DNA of 64,000 bases. Origin: Sphagnum compactum (lineage: Eukaryota). Of the stretch, positions 39,850 to 53,949 are shown one piece after another. The DNA lies in contig OZ234493.1 of the NCBI GenBank assembly GCA_965153455.1, forward strand, positions 36,694,213-36,758,212. Reading direction: 5' to 3'. The translations under genes and the position numbers were made by a program. Within the stretch, counting starts at the first letter, position 1. Every line of letters begins with the position of its first letter. The notes beneath the pieces are model-generated. The model worked only from the letters and a program-made list of their open reading frames with translations. It was not told where the DNA came from and searched no databases.

Positions 39850-40350
39850 TTTTTCATTTTAAAAAAACATTTAGCTAAGAAAGTTGTGTTATGTCTATGC
39901 CCTTGAGTTTTGTTTCTTTATAAATGAATTGCTTCTTACAATGGTAAAAAATCATGGACTTTTAGGTACTCCCAAAGCTTGCATTTGCAATTATTGTTCC
40001 TATAAGTTTTGATCTTTAGATGTCTAAAAGTAATGTGAATTCATTTACTTTGGTGATAAACTTATTGAGTGGATGTTTGACCCCTCTGCATGTTATTATG
40101 GGTTTATTTGAAGTCAATGAAACAATTGGGCATAACATGACTATGCAACAAATGGGTCATTGTTTTCAAGATTTGAGTTGATTTGCGTTGTGTGATTGCA
40201 TTAGTGAAAAAAAATGTTTAGCATGATAGCCATGGCATCAACATTGCATCCATCATTGATTATAAACTTCTCAGGCTTTTCAAGGTTTATAAAAGTATTT
40301 GTTTTTGTCATGTGATGTATAGGGCATGCTAATAACTACATATGATGAAA
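39850..40350 (+). pseudogene. Highly degenerate hAT transposase fragment
   Basis: SFDL*MSK..NSFTLVINLL...HVIMGLFEVNET, homologous to NLWMSK..TFVLVINF...HVTMGLFEATNT at ~6930-7050. Confidence 0.7.
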
Positions 40351-41649
40351 ATGTTTCTAGAATTCAAGAGTCACAAACAAAAACACAATTTTTATAGGTC
40401 TAACAAATTTTTTCTTCTTATTTAAAAGAAAAGTAAAATGGGACAATGGCCCCCCTCCCCTAGTCCCCTCCCAACAAATTTTTTCTGTTAAAATTTAAAC
40501 ACAATCATTAATTCTTTTTATTTTTTTCATTTAAGAAAAATGAAAGTGAGGAAAAGTTTTGGAATCCCCTTGCAAAATTGCTGCCTGTTAATTTTTCTAA
40601 CTTATTTATTAAGAAAAAATTGGAGGACTTTTTGGTGGCTCCCCCCACAAAATTGCTACCCCTCAAAACTTAAACATCACTAGAAGGAAAAAAATGTCTT
40701 TCCTTAAATTACTACTCTTTAAACCCTAAACACCATAATAAGAAAAGGATCATGTTTTTTTTCCCTAATCATGTTTTTGATGTTCTTCAAGTTATTGAAG
40801 CTTGTTACATTAGAGTTGTTTGTGTATAATGTAATTTGGGTGCGTCCACAATAGTAAGAGCCATGGGATGTGTAACTAATGCTTAGTTTTTGATGTTTTT
40901 TGTTTCAAAAGTTATACTAATGTTGGAGGTTTTTAATTTGTGTACATGACAATGATCTCATCTACTATGGAAAAAATGTGTTATAATTTGAAATGAAATT
41001 AATAAAGATAGAACATTCAAAAGCACTCATTAACATTGTAGCCATTTTTATTTTTAGTGAGATTCTTTAAACATGACATATTTTGAAGGAGGTTTTTAAA
41101 ACAAATATTCTCATAATAATATATTGCAACATTTTATTAAGTTAGATTTGATTTTTTCCAATGTTCAAATGAAAGATTTCTAAAATTTTTAGGAATATTA
41201 TGTGCAAGTAATCACTCAAATGGGCAAACACAACTCCTATTAGTGTGAAAGCACCATTTGTTGTTAAATGTTTTTCACATTTTTGTTGACCATGGATCAT
41301 AGAAATTACTCACAATCACAAGGGCGGAATCAAAAATTCCAAAAGATGTTTAAGTTGCCTCTTCCAACCATGTACCAATGTCTAATTGTAGTACATTTCA
41401 ACCAATAGGAAGGAATTCTCAACCTTCACACATAAGGATCCCTTGTAATGAAAAACACGTATAATGTTTTGGAGTGCATGCCCCTATTTTGTTCCCACAA
41501 TGTTCAAATTTTGTGGACAAAATAAGAAAAATCAAGGAAATCAAGGAGGAAGAATTCAGCTAACCTACATAAAAAAAGAGGAGTCAACCAACCAATGTGA
41601 ATGGCAAAGGAAAGAAACCAAGGGTGGCTACCAAGAAGGAAGATTTCTT

Positions 41650-42410
41650 TTTCAAAATCTGATGAAGAAAAAAACAATGGTGCGAAGTGGAAAAATCTTG
41701 AGGTGGACACTTTGATTGCGATTCATGGAGAAATGGATGCAAAGTTTTCCAATAGTGCCAAAGGCAAGGTATGTTTCTGATTTTTTTGTGATTTAACAAA
41801 AGTACAATTACAATTGAGTCCATTTATTTTTTTCCCCATTTTCTATTTCCAAGTTTTAAGTTTTTTTTTCCTCCAACCAATCCCAAAGAAAGCATATCAA
41901 ATTTGTTGCTATAATTTGATAAATGATTCTTGATGTTTTGTTTGATTTCTGTCATAGGTCAAAATTCATGGATCAAACTGAAGTTCACATGATTCTTGTA
42001 GTTCATGGCGTCAACTGTTCTTGGCTTTCTTGCAAGAAAAAATACAAAACCATTTTCACAGTATATAAAGATGAAAAGAGAGTGCATGAAATTTTAGGAC
42101 AAGGTAGGTTGCTTCAATATAAATGGTTTCATCAAATGGATATTGGTATAGATTAAAGGCAAGTGTTAAAAATTAAATTCCCACAAGTTCCACAAAAAAG
42201 GATGAGATCAATTTGTCTTTTGAAAAACCTAGTAAATTGATAGCAAAACCTCACAAGCAAAACAAGAAAACAAGCTTAACAAAGATCGACAAATTGGAAG
42301 GATTCTTGGAGCAAGTCATCACCAATCTCAAAAAGTTAATGGCAACCTTTCAAGCAACTTCAACTTTATTGAAGAACATGCATGAAAATATGGCAGCATT
42401 TGTATAGAAG
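41650..42410 (+). pseudogene. PIF/Harbinger Myb/SANT-like (trihelix) ORF relic
   Basis: KWKNLEVDTLIAIHGEMD, an apparent intron (gtatg at 41769 to ag at ~41957), then SWLSCKKKYKTIFTVYKDEKR...KWFHQMD and a coiled-coil-like tail. Confidence 0.6.
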
Positions 42411-44149
42411 TTAAGACTTTTTACTCATTCATGCTTTTAATTTTAGCATCAATTTCAGAATTTAAAAAAAAACAAAGTAGATTGGTATATCAATTGTAAC
42501 TCCAAGGTGCTTTGGCCAAAACTATATGTCGATTTGTCACTTCATGTGATAAATCTTCATCTACTTCATCTTTTTTAATCAAGAATGTTTGAACATTTGT
42601 ATATTCACATCCTTTTACATGAGACAAGCTATTGCATGAGCTTAAAGCCTAAGCCCAAAGCCTAAAGTTGGAACTTGGGATGGTAAAATGTTTTTTCCTT
42701 TATGCACATGCAAACAAACCCCAAGAATTTATCCACCAAATGAATGTTGAACTAATAAACCTAGAATTAAACATGGGGATGAATGTAAGCAACATCTTCA
42801 TCACGGATGAATGATTTTTCATTCATCTAATGTATGGATGAAAAAAATTAATTACATTTAGGACATGTTTTTAATAAATAGAATTTCCATCAGAATTATG
42901 GATGAATATTTTAATTTACCATTAAATTTTTATGAATTTTCTTTTGTTTCCATAGTTTCAATTAACTTGAGTTTCATGAAACATAATATAGTTATATATG
43001 ATATAACATTTGTTGAATAACATAATGTAAATTTTATTACAGATGTATTTCATGGCTATCATTTAAAATGTCATTATTTTAAAAATCTCTTAACTATATT
43101 ACCATTATTATGTAACATTCACCCCATGGTCATTGTTGTTTTTTAAATAAATATTTAAAAATAGAAGTTTTTTTCCTGGGCAAACTAACATGTAGTGTTG
43201 TTGATGACACTAGGTTCTTTCCTCCCCCTCCTTCAAAGGTGCCACAACTTCTTTCAAACCTACTTATAATTGTCATTAGCAACAATGGGGTTTTTTTTTT
43301 CATTATTCGTCAAGGGTGCCATGACTTTCTTCAAATTTAACAACAATTAGTTTGAATGTTTTGAATATTTTTAGATTACATAATGTCATTAGTAATAGTG
43401 GGTTTTTGAAATAAACTAAAATTCAGTTTTAGGCACCTTAATTAAATTTTTTCAAACAACTTACTATCATAAATGACAATGGGGTTTTTTAATAATTATT
43501 TATTTTCAAGGCACCCAATTTTCCACAAAATAAACATATAATGTTGTTGACAACAATTGGGTGGGGACACTCATTTCATGACAATATTTTTTGAATTGCT
43601 TCACATTGTTCATGAAAATGATTTTTTCAACAAAAAATTCTAAATCATTTTGGTCCCACCGTCATATTTGCCCCTACTATCACAATTTCATTCTCCATCA
43701 TTATTAAATGACATTCAAGTTTGAGATATTAATATTTGGACAACAAATGAGGATGGATAAATAATTTTGAATTTACTTATCTTCCAGTCATGGATGAAAT
43801 TCATCCAATAATTTATTTATTCAATCCAAATTATAAACAAAATTAATCCATGAAAAATAACATTCATTCATATGAAATCATTCATCTATGTACATATTCA
43901 TCCATGTAGGTGGATTAAAATCACATTAAACTTTTAAGTTCCTATCTCAAAGCTCCAAGCTTAAGCTTCACTTTCATGCACAAGCCATCGTCCTTCTACA
44001 TTTAAAATTGCCATATGTAGGCATGATTCAATCATGCCCTTAACTTTTGTGAACATCACTTTCACCATGTATTCCAATTCACCTCTCTCAATTCACCTTG
44101 AGTTAATCAATTTTGTAACTCTTTCTTAATCTTTTCAATTCAACTCCTA

Positions 44150-45140
44150 TCAAAAGCATCCTTTAACAAAAACACATATATTATGCAAAATTATGCACGT
44201 AGAAACAACATCGGGGATAGAACACAATGAACAATCCATATGTTTCATGATTATCTTCCACCTCCACTTTAATATTGTCAAATGTTCATTCAACAAACAT
44301 TTGTGTTAATGATTGAATAAAATTCCAATTTGCTTTGTATTCTTCCAATGTTAAATAACATGTTCCGTTGAATGGACAATAAATCCATGTCCTCACCAAA
44401 TATACTACACCAATCAACTTGCATGGTAGAAACTTGCCTTGAATACACATCTCCCCAACTTTTGTAAGTTGGAAAACTATCCAATCATGCATGCTACCAA
44501 CCCAACCAAATTCATAATCCCACAACACACATTTTGTATCAACAATTCCTTGTAATAGTGTAGAATGAAATGACTTCCTACAATAGTAGTCTTCTCCTGT
44601 TATGAAAGGTGCTAAAATGGGATGTGTGAAATTCCATGTAAAGTTTCAAATTCTTTTGACAAAACCCTAAATTGATACTCACTTGAACATTGCATAAACA
44701 ATTTTCAAAGATGCAACCTTATCATGTGACAAAACTTTCTCACAATCACTGAAATAGAACCTTTGGTTACTCCAAATAGATCGCCCACTAGTTGTAAACC
44801 ATTCCCACTTCCTAACAATATTAAGAACATTGCAACCCTATTTTTCATCGAAATTGGATTTTTGATAGATGTATGTTGTTTTCCAAATAAGGACCCAACT
44901 TTTCACAAAAGTATCGAAATGTATTATGAGAAACTTTAATCCTTTTCTTGAACATGTTTTTAGTGCAAGAACCAAGCAAAAATTGATCTATAAATCCACT
45001 TTGCTTTTCACAAGCCCAAACAATTTGTTTTTTCCTCCACATGAATTCACAAATGACTACAAACTTTGCATATTTCTCCATTTCATACCCTAAAATTAGA
45101 GATGCAATGAAGAAGTATGCATTTCTTACCCTATGCATGT
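44150..45140 (-). pseudogene. PIF/Harbinger DDE transposase relic
   Basis: FKKRIKVSHNTFRYFCEKLGPYL, GWVGSMHDWIVF, LIG..Y.VRTWIYCPF, NFIQSLTQMFVE, and a terminal C.ILHN.C motif. Confidence 0.8.
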
Positions 45141-48100
45141 GTAGTCATCACAACAAGTATTCGTATTTTTCTCTATCAATGGCATGTGATTGTTAATGAA
45201 AGGTACAAACCATGAGGAAGGGAAAAAAAAAACCAAAAAGAAAATGAGAGAGAAAAAGAAGATATAGGAGATGAATAAAAAGTTAGGACAACCACATTTC
45301 CAAACTTTTTTTAATCAAAACACTTCTTATTAAAAAATGCATGTGATCCAAATTGGGTTTACGCTGTGAAGAAAGGCCCTTGAGGCATGGCCCATGGGTC
45401 TTCCCAAGGTCTCACCCAAAAAAGTGAGGTACCATGAGGTTCTGTAGGCCATGGCCCTTGACCTCTAGTGCAAACAGCCCCTTACTGGTATCCGGGGGTG
45501 AGCCTTGAAATGTGATATCCGGCCAACATTCATTTTGACGATTGTACCAGCGTACATGCTGGTTCACCCTAACCCTACAGTAGGATACGTGCCAGTTTTC
45601 GAATCTAACCAATGGAAGCCAGTTTGCAATCAGGAGAGATCTGACTGGCTCATTTTTTGTTGCACCATTATCTAGTCTTCAAACATCCCAATTTTCTTAT
45701 TCTTTTGTTAATTTTGGGCCTATTTTTTGGGGCTTCCCCTTGTGGGTTTCCTCCTCAAACATCCCAATTTTATTCTTTCTCTATGGTCACAATATTATCT
45801 AGTCTTTGGTGTCAAACATATCCCGACGAGCTAAGTTGGACTTATGTGTCCAAACTCACATGGACCACAACTTGTAACATCCAATAGTTTACATAAGCAC
45901 GGAGTACCAAGCTCGAACAAGACAAAGAAAGCCCAAAGAAAATGTAACTAAGAACTAGGCAACTGAAAAACAGCAATTGCAACTAAAAAACTGTGCACCC
46001 ATTTGATTCGTTAGTAACCGACCTGATGTAACTTATCTACTAACTACATCTGGCTGTGAATTAGAAGATAGACCTTTGTGGCTTATTGGCTGGTCACTGA
46101 ATCACTGATCCAATCTTGCTATGGCCTACCTATTGTCTTTTTGTGTTAGCTTTTCATAACAACCTTTCCATGAGTGTATCTATTGTTAGTGGTATCAATT
46201 AGTTGTGGGGACGAATACAGATTGTGCCATTATGATTTTTATTTTTATTTTATGGGCCTCTTTTAATTGGCTGTAAACCGAAAAAATATTCACACTATCA
46301 GCATTCCCAAAAAAGAGTACCCTCCTCAAAATAGCCTTTCATTTGGTTAAGCTATTTAATTTATGAGGGTAAATAAGTGAGCAAAAGATGGGATAAAGTG
46401 TGCCGCTATGGGGAACAGATTGGGCAACACATGGAAGGCATCATTGGGAACCTTGTGGGAACACCAGAATGCAAAAAGATCTCAAGAACAATAAACAATC
46501 CCAACAAACTTTGCGGGTGACAGTGCATTGTGATGTTTATGGACTCTATGTCAACACTAAAATTGACCTAAACATTTCTGCAACTGAACATATTGCAACC
46601 AGAGGTGGAGATGGACACATTACTAACAGTAGCCTTGTTTCAAGGAACAGTGTCAAAATTCATTTGATCTACTATTGAGCACTAAAATGATGAAACCCTG
46701 CCAATCATAAATAAATCACCAAAAAAGGGGGGAATATAAAGAACAAAAGGGATGGACCCATGTCCAAGAAGACAAAAGAACCACCTAAGAAGGCTAACCA
46801 CAAAGGGAACATCAAGTTCCTGAACACCCTCCTGTCGGAAGAAGCATATCAAATAAGGAAAGGAGAGGAACATTGGGGAGGGGGGGAGTTGCACCCAATT
46901 TTTCTTTTTTTTAGTTGTTTTTTGAAAGAGTCACTTTGATTAGCCCATCACAATTTTCTTTTGAAACATTGTGCACTCCCCAAAATAAAAGCACAAAGGT
47001 GCTTACCTTTGCATTTTCCCTTTTTTCAATGAGAACTTTTGGGAATTATTTTGTGCTGAACATCAGTCATAGGTAGCGTATATTCCAGCCACATAGAATC
47101 CAGCCACATAGAAACCATCAGCTGGGTCTGGATTGGGCCCCCTTCAACGGTTTCTTAGAATCAGTCCAGTCTCCTTGTCCTTCTTTATACCCTTAATTTT
47201 CCAAAAGGTAACTGTGATCAGAATTTCACAACAACAACGACAATGTGGAGTGCGACATTGTCGTGCGACAGCATTCCCATGATCTTGGAGGGAAGAAATT
47301 GGCCTCATTTTCTCATGGAATGAGACAAGAAAAATTAGGTGAGTATGTTGTTTCATCAGGATGAGCCTGCTTAAGTAAACCCAGTCATAAGTAACTATGG
47401 CAGCGTCGAAGCAGAGCATCCCACTCCCCCCCCCCAACCCCCCAAACCTGACTCATTCATGTATGTGCAAACATTTAAGGACTCCTTCTTCACTGCTTAG
47501 CCAGACCATGCTTGGGCCCTCCATAAACCATAATGGTCTATTTTAATATTTTTTGCCCAGCATTTATAGATCACCCTCTTTCATCATGGTCACTTAGAGA
47601 GAGGAAATCATTTTTTGAAGTCAAGTTGTTAAGGTAGCCTAAACTTACTTTACCTTAGGGTGAGTTTTGTCATTAATTAATTTTTAAAATATTGAAACGG
47701 GGAAAAAACGAAACAAGGTGTTGAAAACCATCATAATTATCACAGGCTACAACCTGAATAATTTCACCCCTCGTATGACAATATCATTGTAGATCATGAA
47801 AAATCAATAACATCAATTTTATAGAAACGATAAATCGTCTTATCCATCTGGAAACTGAACTTAGGTTATGGTATGTCTTATCACCTGTTTCCTTGACCTC
47901 TTTTTGGGTCCTACAAATTCTTAAGATCACGGATGGCAAATCTTCCAAGTTAGGTTGCATGAAACACAGTTACCTTCATAGCAGCATTTGAAGGTTCTTC
48001 ATTTTTAACAATAGGAATGTGATTGGCACTTACAGTACAATTTAGCTTTCTTACCCTATATGTGGGCATTTAAACTTTTTGATGTGATGTGATTTGAAAT

Positions 48101-49241
48101 TGATTGCTTACCAAGCAATAGTTGTTGTACGTCTTGGATTGTTACTAACAGAACAGTAAAAAATCACCGCACTTATTTACTTTGGCCTCTTGTTGATCCA
48201 TCTATTATGCTAGTCCAAGTGAACTTTAGCTACCCCACTTTAAATTATTTGATTGGTGTATTAACCCATAATTGACATTTGACCAACTCTACACAGAGGG
48301 GGGGGGGGGGTGGTTGATTTACATTATTGTAACCACTCCACATTCATGAAAAAGTCAATTTAGAGAAAAGTCGAATCCTTTGAGTTGTAGTGAACTCGAA
48401 GCGAAAACTTTGACCTAAGGAAAAATTTTGGTATCTTGGTGGTAGGCCAGTGGTAATAAAATTGAAAATCTTCTAAATTCTTAGATTTCAATTAAATCCA
48501 AATGTTTAGTAGCACCTCAAAAAGGGTTGTTTTAATTCAATGTTATGTAAAACCATACATGTTCGAAATGAAAAAACCAAGTTTCTACTGTTCCTATTGG
48601 TTCCTTATTGGATCTTCACAATGAGCTGTATGTGCCATCTCTAGCATTGCAACAAACCTCTATTGCTACAAACTTATGACATCATTGATGGTAATGATGC
48701 AATTGACCATGGATTCAACGATTCAATGTTCAGGTACAGTGAGGAATTGGAGTGATCAGAGGAGAGTAAGGCTTAATCCTTGAATCCAGAGTAGTAGAGT
48801 AATAGAAGCCATGAGTGAGTAGTTCAAGAGCAGTGAAGCATAGGGAGAGAGCACATTGTCTAGATTCCGAAGATGCTAAGAAATGGAGCAACAAAATTGT
48901 GCTGAGGAAGACAAATTTTAGTAGTAGGAGAAGTTGATATGTGTCACTTGATGCTGTGAGGATGATCCCAAAAAAAAGCCACGAGCTACCACCACAAAAA
49001 AAATTATATTACATGTGTGAATCATAAATGTTCATGTTGGATAACTTCGACAAAAACGTACGGATGGTGATTGTGTGTGAATCATGCTACTCAAAATGAT
49101 GAGTTGTGAGGTGATACGTAGTATTATAAAACCGGCTAATTGAGTGCTAGTGGCCCTGATAGAAAAGGATGGCATATGACAGGTTTGGGGGCCAATTTTG
49201 GGTCTGGGTCTGGTTTTTACAAAGGCCAACTCTCCAGTTTG

Positions 49242-49444
49242 GGTCCAACCAAGTACAACATGCTTGGTTTGAAGTTTGGGTCCAAATCGGCAAGCATTGA
49301 ACATGCGAAACGAATTAAATGTGGCAAATGGGTTCGGGTCCAACCAAGTACATGCTTGGTTTGAAGTTTGGGTCCAAATCGGCAAGCATTAAACATGCGA
49401 AACGAATTAAATGTGGTAAATGGGTTCAGGTCCAACCAAGTACA
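49242..49444. repeat. ~92-95-bp tandem repeat, ~2.2 copies
   Basis: ggtccaaccaagtac at 49242, 49337 and 49429. Confidence 0.9.
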
Positions 49445-50122
49445 ATCAATAACATTATGCCACCTACTAATCTTTTTAAACACTCATCCTTTTCATGAAT
49501 TAAGCTTCATATCATTTGAAAGCTCTTCCCTTAGAATATAATGTTTTGTCCCAATTTAATAATACCTTTCCACACTTTGACCAATGAGTGGAAGGATAAG
49601 AAGTTGATGCCAGAAAAAACATTTAACCCAAAAATGTTTTTCTCTTAATTTATTTTAAGTCTCTAAACACAAAGTTGAGCATGCAGTTCATGTGGAAGCA
49701 TCATGAGTCAAAAGCTGCCAAGATAAGATCAGAAATTCTTAGTTTTTTTTGTTTATAAGACAGATTCGGATAAGGATACAGGCAACAGCATCAATCTTAC
49801 CAGAGGGTGAAGTCACAGCTAGCACCCGGCCTCTTGGCTTGTTGTGTAGAGAGCTTTCTTGTTTGCTTTTGCACTTTGGAACATAAATAGAAGGTACAGC
49901 CCAAGTTCTATTGGTGGAATGAACTCTGGTTTCAGAGAATCCACCAATGGGTGACTTGTTCTGATCCAATACCCCCTGGAATCTTGTTTGTTAAAGAGTC
50001 TGCCTTCTCATAGGTCCAATGATCAAATCCTCAACAACTGAAACGACAGCAGCACTTTCACCTCCCGTCGCCCACGTCTTTTCTGTTTCCCTTTGTCTTT
50101 GACAGTGTTTTTGCTTTCTTCC

Positions 50123-50503
50123 GGTCACAGTGACCTAGCACCCACCCGCGCACCATGAAGGATGGATGCTGAGTGGTCAGGAAACAGTTTTCTGTTCGGT
50201 TCCAGCTCGGTAGCTAAACATGGTGGTTGGCTCAGTTGCTTTTTTTACTACCTACCCACTAACAACCCATAAGCAGGTTGTTAGAAGTTAGGTAGTATAA
50301 ACAGCCCTTACATATGTATAAACCATCTACTTACCTAGTAGTTGCCTATTTTCTTACCTATCTACCTATATGTGAGACATATTTCTTACAGAATTAGTTA
50401 CCAAGGTGAAACCAAATATTAACTCAGTCGAGGTTCATCCACAACTGAGTAATAACGGACATCCAGTGGAGGGTGCACTGGTGGGTGCTGGTTCACTGTG
50501 CCC
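50123..50503. mobile_element. Mutator-like MITE
   Basis: ~32-bp imperfect TIR ggtcacagtgacctagcacccacccgcgcacc / ggtgcactggtgggtgctggttcactgtgccc. Perfect 9-bp TSD CTTTCTTCC (50114-50122, 50504-50512). Confidence 0.9.
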
Positions 50504-53500
50504 CTTTCTTCCAGGGTCAATTTTTTGGGTTTTCGGTGCTCTACCAAATTGACCTGCTTCTCCCTGGTGTTTTAAAACTAGCCAATTAGTTGAATAGTGT
50601 GCAAGTTCCAGATTCTTCTTCTAATGAAAGTACTTACCATCTTTTCCCAACAACAGTGTTGATATTCATCCAGCGCCACCACTTCCCTGGCCCTTCCAAA
50701 TCCTTCCATATTGTGAACTTTTTTTCCTTCCATTTTTTTTTGACACAAATGAAAAAGAACTAATTTGTTTCATCAATAAAGCTGCACAGCTAGTGTTGGG
50801 TCCCCCACCCCACCCCCCCCCCCCCCCTCTTGGAGAACTTGAGAGGTGGGTACATGGATTTTTTGTGTGAAAGTATTTCGGCTTTGTTGGGGCCTCCCTA
50901 GGAACTGGTATTATTGAAAGAACAAAATCAAAGAAACATGCACCTTTTCTTAACGTTAAAGAGGTGGGGTTGGACCAGATCATTGAGAAAATTAGACCCT
51001 GTCTCCACAATTCAGGCCCTTATCAGTTGCAAAGGCCAAAAATGATGAGGAACAAAGTGAGAAATAGAAAGTCTCCTCAGCCAATAAGGAGAGCTAGTAT
51101 GAGTTCAAAAAGTTTATGCTTTTCAGGATAAGGGGGTTTCATTTTTGGTGATGGGTGCACGACCAACATTTTCAACCTCCTACCTATTTGGGGCGCAGGG
51201 GAGGCAGCATTGCAAACATATTGATAACAAGCCAGTTAGAGCTAACTGAATTGGAGGAACTAGAGTTTTTTTGAATAATTTCTTGTTGTGATGGTTGCAT
51301 AGACCAATTCAAAGTTTGCATTTTTATCTTTACCATTGAGAATGTGGAAATGTTGGCTTTTTCTCAAATTTTATCAATGTTGACAACACGTTTTTGTTCA
51401 ACCATCCTTGTTTGGTAAGTTGTTCCACCCACTTCTTTCCATGTGATTCGTACATGTTCATGCATCTTGAATGGTTTTTTAAACCATTTTGTAAATGTAT
51501 CATGTGTCTTGCATTGTGACTAGCGACATAGTATCTTAAATATTGTAGATAGTTATGCATATGATCAAAGTAAAATTGTGAGGTTTTGAAAATATTCAAA
51601 TTTGAGAAGTGTAGATAGATACTTTGCTTGCCATTTATCACAATGGATCCATAATATTCGACCAATTGGTTAATAATACTTTTGGACGTGGAAAATATGT
51701 TGAGTGATGTTTATGATAGAGAAAAAAATCAGTCTATCATGCATTGAACAACTCATTAAACTCATAGTTGCAAATCAATGTGGTTGGTATTTATGCTTAC
51801 AAATAAGGCCAAAATTAAATATATGATTGCAATCACAATAACCGAAGCCACTACCTAGTGACAAGGTCAAAGTCATTACCACGGACTATAATGTACAATG
51901 GGCTTCTTTAGGTGGTCATAACAATTCCAAGAGGCAATTGCCTTGAAACAAAAAGTCCTATTGCATGCTCACTTTGGATGACATCATTGAAGAGTTCAAC
52001 ATTTTCATGGAGTTTAACCATGGTATTAATAAACCCAATTGTTCAAGCACTTAGTATTTATCTTTAAAAAAATTTGAAAACATTTTACTACGTGGTAGGG
52101 TGAAAATGCACAATCAATTAAAAAACTTTTGATCCTTGTTAGCCTAAATGGAAATAAAATTAATGCATTTAACTTTAAAATATTATTTATTTCAATGATC
52201 AATATGAACATTTTAAAAATTATAATAATGATATTATTAAGTTTCATGTTCATATAAATAGCTTCTTAAATTTTTTAATAAATACAAGTAGATGAAATAG
52301 TGGATTTTTCTACTTTTACAAGTAATGTTTAAATAGAATGTATTTCATGAAAATTCAACTTTTTCATATTATGGTCATAATATATCAAACTTGGGTACAT
52401 TCAAGCTAAAAAAAAGGTCAAGAGTGCCCCTTTAGTGACTACTTAACTAATTGTTTATTCTAAAATATTTCCAAAGATATCCTAGGAATGTTTCATTTGT
52501 AAATTGAGAAAAAACATTAGAATTTTCTTATGTCCCAAAAAGATGTTGCATTATACTATTATATAAATATGTGTTTAAAGAATATCTTCAAAAATATTTC
52601 ATTTTTTAAAGGAATTATTTAAGAGTCCATTAAACAAATAGAAAAACTATAATTACAATGTTTTAGGAATGTTTTTGAATCTTTTATCTTCATTATATTC
52701 ATTCTAAATTATTTCACATGTTTTCATAATACTTGAAACATTTTTTGTGAACAATTTTTTAAAATTACAACATTAATACAATTCTAAAATAAAAACATGA
52801 TAAACCAAGTGTCGATTACATGTCTATTGTCTCTTTTTAGTTTGAATCTACCCACTTATAAGGTAAAATCATTTTTGAACATTGTATTCGACAACTAATT
52901 TCAAAAATATTTGTTACCTACTTGTATGATTATAAAGGGTTTTCAAACTTTATATTGGAAGACATGCTGGTTTGACAATGATTGAAAAGGTTTCGACTTT
53001 AATTTCTTGCATTTGTGTTAAACAACATGTGATTACATAAAAACTTGTTGAAAATAACATTTTTTTGTGTAATTGACTATCTTTTCACTAAATGTGAATT
53101 TCTTCAAATAAACACAAAACCATTAATCATCTTATTGCCAATTTACAAACCTATGAAAATGATCCAAAAACAAAAACAAAATGAATTCAACTTCCCAAAA
53201 TGTTAGAGTGGTTGTAAGAGTTAGTAAGGTGTTGGATTTTTAAATAAATGAATAATAATTTTGGTCAAGACAAAATATTAAGCAAAAGCTTGGAACTATT
53301 TGGCTCCATGTTTATAATAAAAGTTGATCATATTATAACAATCATTTGCCATAGAGATATTTCACAAGAGAAGACATCAAAGAATGGTGCAAAGGTTTTA
53401 TGCTTGTGGTTACATGGTGGGTATGTTGAGAGATCAAAGTGTAAAAAGTTCAATCCAATCGCCCAATGTTTTGTTGGAGATGGGTAAGTGAATACATAAG

Positions 53501-53949
53501 GTCAATCTAAATTTGTATTGGCAAAGTTATCTTGAATTTGAATTATGTAAATATATAACATTTATTTTTTAATGTAATGTTCTAATTTTAATATATTCAA
53601 ATTGTTGTGATGTTAATACAAGTGCACAATTTCAATATTACAAAATGTGGATGTAGTTCTTTGGTCCTTGTTCAATGGACTACTGTATCCTTTGTCCCCC
53701 ATTCAATGGGGACCAATGGATTCGCTCAAAATCCAATGAAATCACATAGTGAACATGGACACATTTTGTTGTAATGTTTGTCATGCATTACAAGATTGGC
53801 ACCCAACATTGTTACAACAAACAAAATCATACACATGAAAACATGCACAAACAAATGAAAAGAACTCACTTGCACATTGAAGGAACATGATGGTTGTTTT
53901 GTGATTCAATTGTGTGTTTTTAAAACAGAAGAAACATTAATTACAAGGT

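Noticed and set aside
49032-49483. Repetitive ORFs
   Set aside because: Translation products of the 92-95-bp tandem repeat.
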